Source of the DNA: Rebecca billardiae RCC1528
Taxonomy: Eukaryota > Protista > Haptophyta
Assembly (NCBI GenBank): GCA_965240325.2
Contig: OZ251245.1
Location: 1,116,001-1,180,000, forward strand
Length of the DNA stretch: 64,000 bases
Direction of reading: 5' to 3'
The translations under genes and the position numbers were made by a program. Below are positions 12,247 through 22,868 of this stretch, in pieces. The notes beneath the pieces are model-generated. The model did not search any database and was not told where the DNA came from. It worked only from the letters and a program-made list of their open reading frames with translations. Position 1 is the stretch's first letter. Each line of letters opens with the position of its first letter.

Positions 12247-13945
12247 ATGTGGCGATTGTTCGCGCTCACCGCGGCGGTGCTGTCCGTGGTGTGTGCGCTG
12301 CGACTGCGGGTGGCTCGCGCCAATCCCCGCACCCGCGCGTCTCGCGCGCGCGGTGCGGCGCGTGGCCTCGATGTCGGGCCCTGCGCGCGCGTGCGGCTCG
12401 CGAGCGGGCGCGCGCGGCGCCTGGCTGATGCGCGAGCGTGCGACGGCCCCGCCCCGACGCGCGGCCGGCGCGCAGGCGCACGCCGTGCCGGTTGACATCC
12501 CGATCGCGCCCGCAGGCCTCGACGTGCCCGCCACCTTGGCCCCGGCCTCGGCCGCGCCCGGCGCGTCGGCCGCCACCGCCAAGTCTGCGGACGAGGTGAA
12601 GGCGGCGTTCGAGGCGTACAAGGCGGCGTTCGGCAAGGCGTACGCGAGCGCGGAGGCGGAGGCGGAGGCGCTGGGCCACTTCGCCGAGAACGACGCGATC
12701 ATCGACGCGCACAACGCCAAGCGCCTCAGCTACAGCCTCGGGCACAACGCGTACTCGGACCTGTCCTGGGAAGGCTTTCAGCAGAAGCACCTCACCGGAC
12801 TGGCGCCGCGCGAGGGGCCGCGCACCGAGCGCGTGCGCGTGCGGCTGGGCGCCGCGCCCGCCGCCGAGGCGGACGACGGGCTGCCCGACGCCGTCGACTG
12901 GGAGCAGAAGGGCTGCGTCACGCCCGTCAAGAACCAGGGCGCGTGCGGCTCGTGCTGGGCGTTCTCTGCGATCGGCTCGGTCGAGGGCGCGTACTGCGTG
13001 GCGACGGGCAAGCTGGTGTCGCTGTCGGAGCAGGAGCTCGTGTCGTGCGACAACGCGGAGTACGGGTGCGGCGGCGGGCTGATGGACAAGGCCTTCGAGT
13101 TCATCGCCGCCAACGGCATCTGCACCGAGGCGGACGACCCGTACGCGTCGGGCGGCGGCCACTCACCCACGTGCCACCAGGACGACCCGACCGGCGCGTG
13201 CGCGCCAGCCGTCGTGATCCAGGCGTACAAGGACGTGCCGCCGCGCGACGAGGACGCGCTCAAGGCGGCAGTGGCGAAGCAGCCCGTCTCGGTCGCCATC
13301 GAGGCCGACCGCTCCGCCTTCCAGCTGTACAAGTCGGGCGTGTTCACCTCGCTCTCGTGCGGCACCCAGCTCGACCACGGCGTGCTCGTGGTCGGGTACG
13401 GCACAGACGGGGACGCGCCGCCGACGGGCGAGGGGTCGGGGCTGCCGTACTGGCGCGTGAAGAACTCGTGGGGGCCGACGTGGGGCGAGGCGGGGTACAT
13501 CCGGATCCAGCGCGGCGACGACGAGTGCGGCATCGCGCTGCAGGCCAGCTACCCGGTCGGCGCGGCCGACGCGCCGCCGTCGCCCGGACCGGGGCCGACG
13601 CCGCCGCCGCCTCCGCCGCCGCCCGCGCCAAAGACGCACTATGGCGACCCGAAGACCGGCTGCCTCGCGTCGGAGCTGGCGGTGGAGGTGCAGGGCGCGC
13701 CGGGCGACTTCTGCTCGTCCAAGTGCGTCCCGCTCTTCAAGCCGTGCCCGCGCGACAAGCCGAAGGGCGTGATGGCCATGCCGATGTGCGCGCTCAAGGA
13801 CCAGGCACACGGCGTCTCCTACTGCGCGCTCGTGTGCGCAAAGCTCGGCGAGCCGATCGACGACGACGCCAACTCGATGTGCGGGCCCAAGATGTCGTGC
13901 CAGCCGCTGCAGGCGGGGATTGGCATCTGCACGTACCCCGAGTGA
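12247..13945 (+). CDS. Papain-family (C1A) cysteine protease: signal peptide, I29 propeptide and Cys-rich C-terminal extension
   Basis: Exon 1 12247-12288 plus intron 12289-12475 gives the signal peptide MWRLFALTAAVLSV|AHA. Catalytic motifs QGACGSCWAFS, LDHGVLVVGYG and YWRVKNSWG are intact. Confidence 0.93.
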
Positions 13946-14343
13946 GCGCGCGCGCACGTGCCAAGCGCACCGCGCCCGCGTCGGGCCGCGGCTCGTCGGG
14001 GATGTGTAAATCACAGTGGCTGAGTGGGCGGCTGGCGACCGTCACTGGCCGCGGCATGACCGGCAGTGGCTTGGGCCCCGGCACCGGTCGAAAATGTATG
14101 TTGCGTTCAATGACGGTGCGGTGGTGCACTTGCCATCGCCCTCCGGTCTCAGTTTGAGAGGTCGCGGCGGTCTCCTGTATCTCTGACTGCCGACGATCAT
14201 CGAGGTCGTCGGTGGGCAGTGCGAGCGGCCCCGATCGTCGGGCGGATCGTCATCGTGATCGTGCATTCGGCCTGTTGCAAATTGAATAAATACCAACAAA
14301 TATGTGACGGCGACATCCCAGTGGGAATCCGTGTGACGCCCGG

Positions 14344-14484
14344 TTGGATGCAGAGTGTTCTCGACGAGGATGGCGTCTGGACCGCGGGGAACGCGATCGC
14401 TGCACCCCTGAGGTTGTCGTGAGTGCAGCAATCCACTTGCGCCAGGCTGGGGCGTGACCTACGTCGAGAACACTCTGCATCCAA
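14344..14484. repeat. Perfect 23-bp inverted repeat with 95-bp spacer
   Basis: TTGGATGCAGAGTGTTCTCGACG at 14344-14366 and its exact reverse complement at 14462-14484. Confidence 0.85.
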
Positions 14485-14666
14485 GTGGGCACCCCCTCAT
14501 GTCCAAGCAGAAGCAGAAGCTCTCCGCGCGCGGTCGACGCGGCAAGAAAGCTCAGAAGGGCTGGAGCTCAAGATTCAGCGCATGCTGCAGCCCGCAAGAC
14601 GCGTGAGGAGGCGGGCACGAGGCGCTACGCAAGTCCCGGTCGACCTCGATCTCATCGTCCGAGTCC

Positions 14667-15328
14667 TCAGCTCCAGCGCCGGCCTTCCGCTGGAGCTGCG
14701 CCGTCACGTCGTGCGACGTGCCAGTCGTTGAGCTCGCTGAAGATGGGGCGGAGCGCGCAGGGACCGGATGTCGGGCGCATGTTGCGCGGGAGCGCGGCAC
14801 GGCACGGTGCGCACGAGCACGGCCAGCGACACACCCACACGCGACCCGCCTGGTCGATGCGCAGGTTGTGGAAGCTCTTCCGGCTTGAGTGCGGGCGCGC
14901 TTCTCGTCGCGCGTCGCCGGGTCGATTGTGTCGTACCCCGGAAAGTCGCGGTGATCTCGGCGTAGGGTACCACCACACGATCGCGCGTCCTCGCGAGCTG
15001 CGCGCGCGTGCGGTTCATAATCAGCTCCGAGCCGCCCAGCTCCGTGTTCATCTGCTTGGCCGTCCCCAGCCAGCCCGCGATCTCCTCGGTGAAGCTGATA
15101 ATGCGGGGCGCCCTCCTCGAGCGCCGCCGAGGCCCGAGCGCATCAGCTCCGGGTTGACACTGGCTCGCAGAGCGCTTCCTGGACGACCAGCAGCGACGCG
15201 TGGCACTCATTGAGCCCGGTCACAACGGGGCCATCCCAGCCGTGGATGACGCCGGCGGCAACTAGTCTGATGACAGTGAATCCTACGAGTACTATCTCAT
15301 TCTCTTGCAGTACTGTCCTGTTGAGCAC
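14667..15328 (-). pseudogene. Fragmented coding relic, possibly a decayed transposase
   Basis: Protein-like pieces in three successive minus frames (EIVLVGFTVIRL; RIISFTEEIAGWL...EITATFRGT; FHNLRIDQAGRVWVCRWPCSCAPC) in lower-GC sequence. Confidence 0.3.
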
Positions 15329-16390
15329 CGTTCGGACACTGCGCCGTAAGCTTCTACTGATCCTCGACGCTTACCTCTAGACCCCGACACTGCTTTGGGG
15401 GCGTCTGGGGACTGATCGTGGCTGGCACCGAGGTGGTCGACTTCATCTACTTGGCTGGCGCACCTTCGACTCCTCCAATACCCAGTAGAAGTACCGCGAG
15501 CTCTCGTGGTGGCACTCCGAGGAGCGCTGCACCGCAAGGCGAGCGCAGATTGCAGATGGTGATTGCGAGCGCGCCCGCGGGCGAGACTACGCACAACTCG
15601 AGCACGATGGGGAAGGCGTTGAGGAAGATCCCGGTCGTTCTCTCGGCCGCAGACCACAGCATGATTCTCGACCAGATGGCTGAGCGCGCCGACGCGCTCG
15701 ATCACAACTCGTGTCGGCACTGCACGCGGACGGCGTCGACGAGTGTCGACCTGACTGCCGAGCGTGCCGTGACTGTATAGCATGCAGCGTGGCGCACACT
15801 CTGTCTAGAACCGTAGGCAAGCGTCGACGCGCGTCGTCTGGTGCGACGCGCGCCTCCTGAGCGCCTCCCGTGGCCGCCGCCGCAGCGCGGCAGCGGCCAT
15901 CATGAAAAAAATTCGCTCGCCGAAATTCCCTCCGATGTCGCGTTTGGTCTCACTTCAAAATGCAACAAGCCCGCGAGAAGGCACGCGCGAGCAGTGTTGC
16001 ACGAGCGAGAGAGCGCGACGCGCGTTGGTTGATCGCCACGGTATGAATGACAGTTGATGGCAGGCAGTGAGGGGGACACGCGTCGCATTGACCAAGCTCC
16101 TCGAGACCGTTGAAGAGCACAGTAGCACACGCCTATCGTGCACGTTCGACTCCAGCGAATCGGGGCGCGGCAACTCACGCTCACCCTGCTTCACGCATGC
16201 ACCTGCATGCGCTGCCGTCGCAATGTCTCTGGGTCGACTGCGCGTCAGGCTTCGCCTATGATCTCTACATTCACTGCGTCTGCACGTGCATGCCGCACGA
16301 GGCGCATCGTCGACCGTCCGACGCTGCAGAGCGGGACTCTGCCTCTGGAGTCCGTGGAGCCAATTCACGGGCAATTGGTGGCATCACGAT

Positions 16391-17014
16391 TCACGAGGTG
16401 GCGCGCGCCGGTGGCGGCGCTCTTGGCCGACCTGCTGCCGGGAGGAGTTCGGCCGTGAGGCGCTGCATGCGCTCCACGGCCATCCAAAAGAGCCCCGGTA
16501 GCCCGAACGCGCCAAAGACCACCGCCTCCACGTCGTCACGCACGACCGCCCAGCGGCTCCCGAACGTGTGCAGCCGGTTGGTGTGTGCGCCGCGCGCGGG
16601 CTCCACGAGCTCGCCGCCATCCAGGGACCACAGCACCGCGCCCTCTCCGTTGCGCACGTCGAGCGCGTCCCCGAAGCGCCGGCGGAGGGCCTGCGCGTAC
16701 TGGCCCGAGCGATACCCGATGGTGCAGAACGGCACCACCACCTTGCCCTCGCGCAGCGCTTCGGCAGGTCCGCGCGTCGCCTCAAAGTGTGCGGCGGTCA
16801 CCGCGCCAGGAAGCGTCGACACGGCGCGCTCGGGCGCGGTACGGACATCCACGAGGACGGCTCGTGCGCCCAGGGCCTCAATGGCGTGCCTGTCCGCCAC
16901 AGGCACCTCCGCCGGCGCAAGCCGCTTGAACATGGCGCTTGCGCGCTCACGGCGCGCAGTGTCTTCCGCCGCCATCCTCGCCGCCCGCGGGCTCTGGCTG
17001 GTACTCTCCGCCAT
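16391..17014 (-). CDS. Rhodanese-like domain protein
   Basis: VLVDVRTAPERAVSTLPGA, active-site loop FCTIGYRSG, and C-terminal LHTFGSRW. Confidence 0.85.
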   Translation of the reverse strand: MAESTSQSPRAARMAAEDTARRERASAMFKRLAPAEVPVADRHAIEALGARAVLVDVRTAPERAVSTLPGAVTAAHFEATRGPAEALREGKVVVPFCTIGYRSGQYAQALRRRFGDALDVRNGEGAVLWSLDGGELVEPARGAHTNRLHTFGSRWAVVRDDVEAVVFGAFGLPGLFWMAVERMQRLTAELLPAAGRPRAPPPARATS

Positions 17015-18695
17015 CGCACTCGCTTCCCGCGAGTGCCACAGGTACCAGTCCGGAGGCCGAGCGGTAAGACAGCCGCGGGCTTGGCGTTGGGAGTTGGGAC
17101 TTGGGACTTTCAACTTGGGAGTTGCCGCCTTGTTGGGCGCAAACCTTGGGCTCGCCGGCCCAAACACGATGGCGCGCCTCTGCGCCTACGAGAGGCGCGC
17201 TTGCGCCGCCACCGGCGCTGCAGGCCGGCGCGGCTGATCGGCGCGGTGCACAGGATACGTGGGCACCGCGCGCGCCTCTTTTCCCGCCCGCTCGCGCTCC
17301 TCGCCGCGCGCAGTAGCCCGCTGCCAAGCCATCAACGCCTGCCAAGCGAGCCGGCGCGCGCACCAAGCGCGCGCGCTCGGCGCAGATAGGGCCAATTAAG
17401 ATCGGGGCACGGCATGGGCGAGTGGGCACGCATGTCATACACCGCTCGGGCGCACGCTCCCGGCGTTCATCGCGCGGCCTCGCCGCTGGCAAGTGCTTGC
17501 GCACTGCGCGTGCAACTCGCGAATGGTGCACCTCGCGGCAGCCCGCAGGGTACAGTCTGCTCTGCACGCAGGCATCCTTCGCTTCGCAGCGGGCAAATCG
17601 GTGGCAGCCGCAGCCTGGAGGCCGCCTGTGAGTACCCCGATCCAATATGCATCGCCCCGTAGGCACACTGATACGGGCCGCCATGTCGTCGATGCTGCCG
17701 AGGCTCCGTGATGCCCTGGCACGTAGGCCTTGTCGACTCTCGACCTTGCGCTCGTGATCACGCCAGACGCAGGCGATGCCGCTGTGCACGCTCACTTTGG
17801 ACCACCTCGTGCCCACCAGACCGGCCCTTCTGTCTCTGTTGGCGGCGGTGGCGCGCGCGCGCGCGTGTGCCGCCTGCCGTGCTGTGGCTGAGTACAGTAG
17901 TGAGTGCGCGACGACTCGGATTACACTGCGATTTGATGCATCAGAGCGCTCAGAGTCAACGGTAGTTGCTCGATAAGGTACGTTGCAGTCGCAGCCTCGG
18001 ACCACGATGGACGCTTAAACGAGACGCGCGTTCACCCGGCCGAGGGCCACCTTGCCGCACTGCTCGTAATTCTGCTGGAAGCGGATCGGCGCCGCGTGCG
18101 CGCGCGGCGTGTACAGTCAGTGTTACACACCCACTGGCCACTGCCAACGGTACGAGCGGATGCAGCAGATGCTCACGCCCACCGACGATGACGATGACGA
18201 GGCTCGATCCAGGTCAGCGTGCAAGGAGCGACCGCCCGAGCGTTGCCCTCGCGTCCGATCGCCTGCATCGCCGTCGTGGCTGTCTGACGAACCCTGACTC
18301 ACCGCCTGACAGCTGGCTACCTGACTCAGCCTCAGGCCCTGAGCAATGAGTAGCATATCTGACATCCGCCTGCTGCATGAGCTGCCATCATCCTGGCAAA
18401 CGGGCGCGGCCCTCCCCGGACCTAACACAGCACTACCTCGTCCGCCCCCATAGGGGGAGGCTGGACCGGCCGCCGGCAATCGGCGCCGGCAAGCGCGCCT
18501 GCAAGCGCGCCTGCAACTGCAAGCGCGCCGTGCCCGTGGCTGGACCGGCCGCCGGCGGCAACGGGCAGGCGCGCCGGCAAGCTGCGCGCTGCCGGACACG
18601 GCCCTGCTACTGCTAGACAGCTAGTGCTAGGCCTAATAGGGCTGCCACCGCTTAGCAGAGCATTTGGCTCAGCTAGCACTAGCAGCTTATTATAT

Positions 18696-18747
18696 ATTAT
18701 TATTATTATTATTATTATCATCATCATCATTATTATTATTATTATTA
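18696..18747. repeat. Compound (TAT)n(CAT)n(TAT)n microsatellite
   Basis: Directly visible in the sequence. Confidence 0.95.
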
Positions 18748-18826
18748 CGTGAACTATTTTTTTGCGCGCCCAGTTCGATCGGACTCACTGACTCGTGGCG
18801 AATCACGGGCTGCCCCCAGCACGCGC

Positions 18827-19498
18827 TCATGAGCAAAGTCGCTGCATCGTGTGCACCTGCTCTGTGAAGAAGCGCTCTTGCATGCCCCTGATGAACGGGA
18901 ACACGAGCGCACCCAGCGGCCCAGAGCCGCGTGAGACAGACAGCAGGCTGAACGTCACCCTCCCAGTGTGCGGCTCGAGCTCAACTACCATGCGCTCCTC
19001 GCCTGCGAGCCAGTGTCCGCGGAGCGTGCCGTACGCGACAGCCAGACTGTGCCGCGCTCGGTCCGTGTACAGCACCCTGCACGCGTTCACGCACCAAGCG
19101 CCCAGACCGCTTCGCGCGTAGGTCGCGATGACGTCACCTGGATGGGCGCAGGCGTGGCTGAGCGCGATGCCGTTGGTGCGACTGCCGTCGTGCATCCGGA
19201 AGGCAAGCAGCGCCGCAGAGGCCTCGCTCAGGCCGCGCTGCCCCCGAGTGCCCAGCTCGACCTCCTTGTGGATCACGCGCACGCGTCCTTGGCCCCGCGC
19301 GTCAAGTCGAGGTTTGCCACTGCGCGTCATGCCGACGAGCTCATAGTTGTGCCGCGCATCCGCGTTGGTCGTGAGCACGTGTGCAACGTCGTCTGCAGTG
19401 GGACGGCGTGCGAGCACGCGCGTGGCTTCCGCTGCGCGCATGCACGCGGCCGTCAGCAGCAACCGTCTCGTCAAGCTTGCGGTCCGTCGTGCCGCCAT
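18827..19498 (-). CDS. DUF1990 (UPF0548) family protein
   Basis: NYELVGMT, NACRVLY, AYGTLRGHWLAGEERMVV and Q.RF motifs match the DUF1990 pattern; the N-terminus looks like a targeting peptide. Confidence 0.82.
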   Translation of the reverse strand: MAARRTASLTRRLLLTAACMRAAEATRVLARRPTADDVAHVLTTNADARHNYELVGMTRSGKPRLDARGQGRVRVIHKEVELGTRGQRGLSEASAALLAFRMHDGSRTNGIALSHACAHPGDVIATYARSGLGAWCVNACRVLYTDRARHSLAVAYGTLRGHWLAGEERMVVELEPHTGRVTFSLLSVSRGSGPLGALVFPFIRGMQERFFTEQVHTMQRLCS

Positions 19499-19701
19499 CG
19501 TCAAAATACTCGCGTCTATTTTTTTGTAAAATAAACCGTACGGTATTGGTTCAGCACCAGCACGATGGCTGCCGGCGGCGGAGGCATCACAGGCCCCAAC
19601 AACACTCTCAGCCGAGAGGTGGCAATGATGCCACCTCTCTCGGCTGAACTCGGCTTGATGAACAGGTTGACCCGAGACCAAGGCACCTGACACACACCTC
19701 C

Positions 19702-22644
19702 TCAGTGGCCCAGGTCCACCTCGACAGACGAGGCGCTCGTTGCGGAGCCCGTGACCACCGCCATCGCGCCGGTGAGCGTCATGAGCATCCCCGCAGCCTC
19801 AGCCCACGAGGGCAGCGCCTCGCCCATCAGCAGCACGTCGTACGCCGCGGCGAAGAGCGGCTGCAGCAGCACGATCACCGAGATCGTGAGCGGCGGCAGG
19901 TACTTGAGCGAGACGACGAAGCCGAGGTTGCCCAGCGTGTCCACGAGCGCGCATGCAAACAGCATGGCCCACGCGTGCTCCGCGCGCGCCCAGCCAAACA
20001 CGCCGGTGGGCGAGCGATCGAGCGGCGCACCGCCGGCACCGACGCTCACCGCGGGAAGCGCGATCAGCCACGCGATCCCGTTGAGCAGCGGGAAGAGCAC
20101 CGGCGGGTCGACCACCGGCCTGAGCTCCTTGCACAGTAGCATGTAGGCAGCGCCGCCCGCCGAGCCGACAAAAGCGATCACGTTGGCGACCGGTTCACGC
20201 ACCGAGTCCGAACGCGGCCAGAGGTCAATCCCGCCGGCGGCGCCGGCCGCCTCGGCAGCGCCCCCGCCGGCGATATCTGCCCCACCCCCACCGAGCGTGA
20301 GCGCGAGCGGCGCGTTGCCCAGCACGGCTGGCGCCTGCCCCTGCGGCGCCGCGCCCGGCGCGCCGATCGCGAGCAACGCGGTGCCTAGCACGGCGATGAG
20401 CGCGCCGCCGATCTCGAGGGCGCTCGCGCCGAGCCCGCGCGCCAGCCGCACGCCGAGCAGGATGATGGGCGCGAGCGAGGAGAAGAGGAGGGCGTTGGCG
20501 ACCGAGGTGTGCTGCAGCGCGACCGCGTACGGGTAGCAGTGCAGCCACCATGCCGCGCCCGCGCCGAGCAGGCAGGCGAGCGTACGCCGGCTGCGCAGCG
20601 CGGTGCGCAGCCGCGCCGACGTGCCCGCGCGCAGCGCCGCGTATGGAGCGAGCACGAGCGCGGTGCCGCAGAAGCGCCAGCACATCTTCAGCGCGGGGGA
20701 GGCGCGCGTGCCCAGCGCGTCGAACGCGAGGCCTGTCGCCGACGACGTGAGCAGCGAGAAAAGCAGCACCGCGTACCCGACCAGCGGCACGCGCCGCTCC
20801 ATCGTCAGCGTCACGTGCAACCCGTCCGGCGGCGTGCCATCCGGCAGCGCGGCCGTCTTCAGCTGCACGTCGGCGGCGACGCCGGGCGAGTGGCCGGCCG
20901 CGTCGGCGGCGGCGGCGTCGTGCACGTCCACGTCGATCGTCGCGCCCGCCGGCTGCCCCTCGCCCGCCAGCTCGCGCCCGAGTGCGGGCTGCCACTCGAA
21001 GGTGAGCGTGCCTGGCGTGGGCTCAGGCGAGGGGGGCGTGTCATGCAGCCGAGCATACGCGCTGCTGGCGGTGGCTGCGCTCAGCCGGAGCGGAGACGCG
21101 GGCGAGGGCGCGCTCGGCGTGGCGTGGATGGGGGCGCGGGCGAGCGCGACGGGCAGCAGGTGCAGCGGCGTGCCCTCCGCGCCGACGCCCGTGCTGCTGC
21201 TGATCGTCACCGTCTCGATGCCCGATGGTAGCGAGGGCAGCGCCCAGTGCGAGCGCACAGCCGGGATCAGCGGCTCGCGCGGCGCGGCGCTGTTCAGCGC
21301 CTCCGCGGCCGCCTCCGCGCCATCCGCGGTGTCACCGTATGGCCTCCAGCCCTCCTGCGCCGCCTCACCCGCCCAGCCTGAGACGTCCGTCAGCTGCCCT
21401 CGCGGCGTGCTCACGAGCGACTCAGACGCGACGCGGCGGAGAAGCGGCTCGCCCGTCGCCACGCCGTTCGTCTGACCGGCCATACCGACAGGCCCGGCCA
21501 CCGCTGCGAGCGCGTGCTCGGTCGCACGGCGCGGCAGCGCTGCGTACCTCTGCGGCGAGAGGCCGGCTTCGGCGTCGACGGCGGCGAGCTCCTGCGTGCT
21601 CAGCGCGATGCGACGGGCGGCAACCAGCTGCTCCGCCGTCTCCACAGAGCACCAGCGCATTCCGCTCGTCGGCACGGCGACGAGCCCACCCTTGCGCGCG
21701 AGCTCGCTGAGCGCGTCACAGAGCGCAAGCGCAAATGGGGGCGACTCTGCATGGCGCCGCAGCAGGGCGTCGAAGAGGGCCTTGGTCTGCAGCACGAAGA
21801 GGCCGGCCTCGAGTGGGTGTGACGCGTCGACCGCGCGGCCGATCTCCAGCACGCGCCGCGGCTGCGGCTCCGACGCCCTGCCGCCGCGCCAACCCTCCTC
21901 GCCTTCGCACGCGACTCGGACGCACGTGGGCGCGAGTGCGCCGAGCGCGCGGCGCGCGTCCGGCTCGACGAGCACGCGGCCGACGCAGCCCGCGGGCAGG
22001 GCGGTGGCGATGAGGCGGTGCACGAGCGCGCTTTCAAAGATGTGGTCGGACGTGCTCAGCAGCACCTGCGATTCTGCCTCGCCGTGCGTGCCCTCGCCGT
22101 CGCCCTCGCCGAGCAGCGCGCTGTGCGCGTGCAGCAGCGACTGCGCGTGGCACCCGGTATAATTCGGGCCGAGGTCGACGACGTCGAGCTGCACGTAGCG
22201 CGCAACGGCGGACTTCTCAAGCGTCCGCTTGATCAGCATGCCCACGGGCCCACCGACTACGACGACGACGCGCGTGATGCCCGCGTCCGCCAGTTGGCGC
22301 AGGCTCTGCACGAGCAGCGGGTAGAAGCCGATCCGGAGGAGCTGGCGGGGGAGGCCGTCCTTGCCGAGGGCGGCAGAGCGCGAGACCGTGGATATGAGCG
22401 CCGTCGTCACGCGCGCGCGCACGGGGCGCGGCATGTATGCCATGGTCGAGTGCCACCGCGCGGAGTTCACGGGCATTGCCGAGCTCGCGAGCGCGTTCGC
22501 GCGCTCCGCAAAAAGCGTGCGCGGACCGGAGAGCTGGAGGAAGAGCTCGTTGCGGGTGCAGCCGAGTCGTCGCGCGACATCGTTCGCGTCGACTGTCCAC
22601 GCGCGCCGCGCGTCGCCAGCGGGGCTCTCCATGTTCACGTCCAT
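19702..22644 (-). CDS. Fusion protein: N-terminal nucleotidyltransferase-like (GT-A fold) domain plus C-terminal EamA/DMT transporter
   Basis: Single uninterrupted 980-aa ORF. N-part: PRQLLRIGFYPLLVQSLRQLADAGITRVVVVVG, STSDHIF, EAGLF, LCDAL, WCSVET. C-part: about 10 hydrophobic helices with SVANALLFSSLAP and LKYLPPLTISVIVLLQPLFA...GEALP. Confidence 0.85.
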   Translation of the reverse strand: MDVNMESPAGDARRAWTVDANDVARRLGCTRNELFLQLSGPRTLFAERANALASSAMPVNSARWHSTMAYMPRPVRARVTTALISTVSRSAALGKDGLPRQLLRIGFYPLLVQSLRQLADAGITRVVVVVGGPVGMLIKRTLEKSAVARYVQLDVVDLGPNYTGCHAQSLLHAHSALLGEGDGEGTHGEAESQVLLSTSDHIFESALVHRLIATALPAGCVGRVLVEPDARRALGALAPTCVRVACEGEEGWRGGRASEPQPRRVLEIGRAVDASHPLEAGLFVLQTKALFDALLRRHAESPPFALALCDALSELARKGGLVAVPTSGMRWCSVETAEQLVAARRIALSTQELAAVDAEAGLSPQRYAALPRRATEHALAAVAGPVGMAGQTNGVATGEPLLRRVASESLVSTPRGQLTDVSGWAGEAAQEGWRPYGDTADGAEAAAEALNSAAPREPLIPAVRSHWALPSLPSGIETVTISSSTGVGAEGTPLHLLPVALARAPIHATPSAPSPASPLRLSAATASSAYARLHDTPPSPEPTPGTLTFEWQPALGRELAGEGQPAGATIDVDVHDAAAADAAGHSPGVAADVQLKTAALPDGTPPDGLHVTLTMERRVPLVGYAVLLFSLLTSSATGLAFDALGTRASPALKMCWRFCGTALVLAPYAALRAGTSARLRTALRSRRTLACLLGAGAAWWLHCYPYAVALQHTSVANALLFSSLAPIILLGVRLARGLGASALEIGGALIAVLGTALLAIGAPGAAPQGQAPAVLGNAPLALTLGGGGADIAGGGAAEAAGAAGGIDLWPRSDSVREPVANVIAFVGSAGGAAYMLLCKELRPVVDPPVLFPLLNGIAWLIALPAVSVGAGGAPLDRSPTGVFGWARAEHAWAMLFACALVDTLGNLGFVVSLKYLPPLTISVIVLLQPLFAAAYDVLLMGEALPSWAEAAGMLMTLTGAMAVVTGSATSASSVEVDLGH

Positions 22645-22868
22645 CGCGGCGAGGTTCCAGACGTTCTCGTTGGGCGGACGCGGGCGTGGTCGGGTTGCGC
22701 TGACGCGGTGATTCCAAAATCGCGACGCTGTCGAGAGTCGAGACTCGAGCGACGGTTGGTCCTAGCAGTTGGTCGATGACGTTTCAGGAGCTTCGCGACG
22801 CGCGTCGCAGTGTCACAGTCTGAAATCTCGTCATCAAGCGGCAGTGGAGCTTTGAATGTTGATCAAGC

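Noticed and set aside
18422-18867. ORFs with poly-Met/Ile or poly-Leu that look like signal peptides
   Set aside because: They are translations of the TAT/CAT microsatellite.
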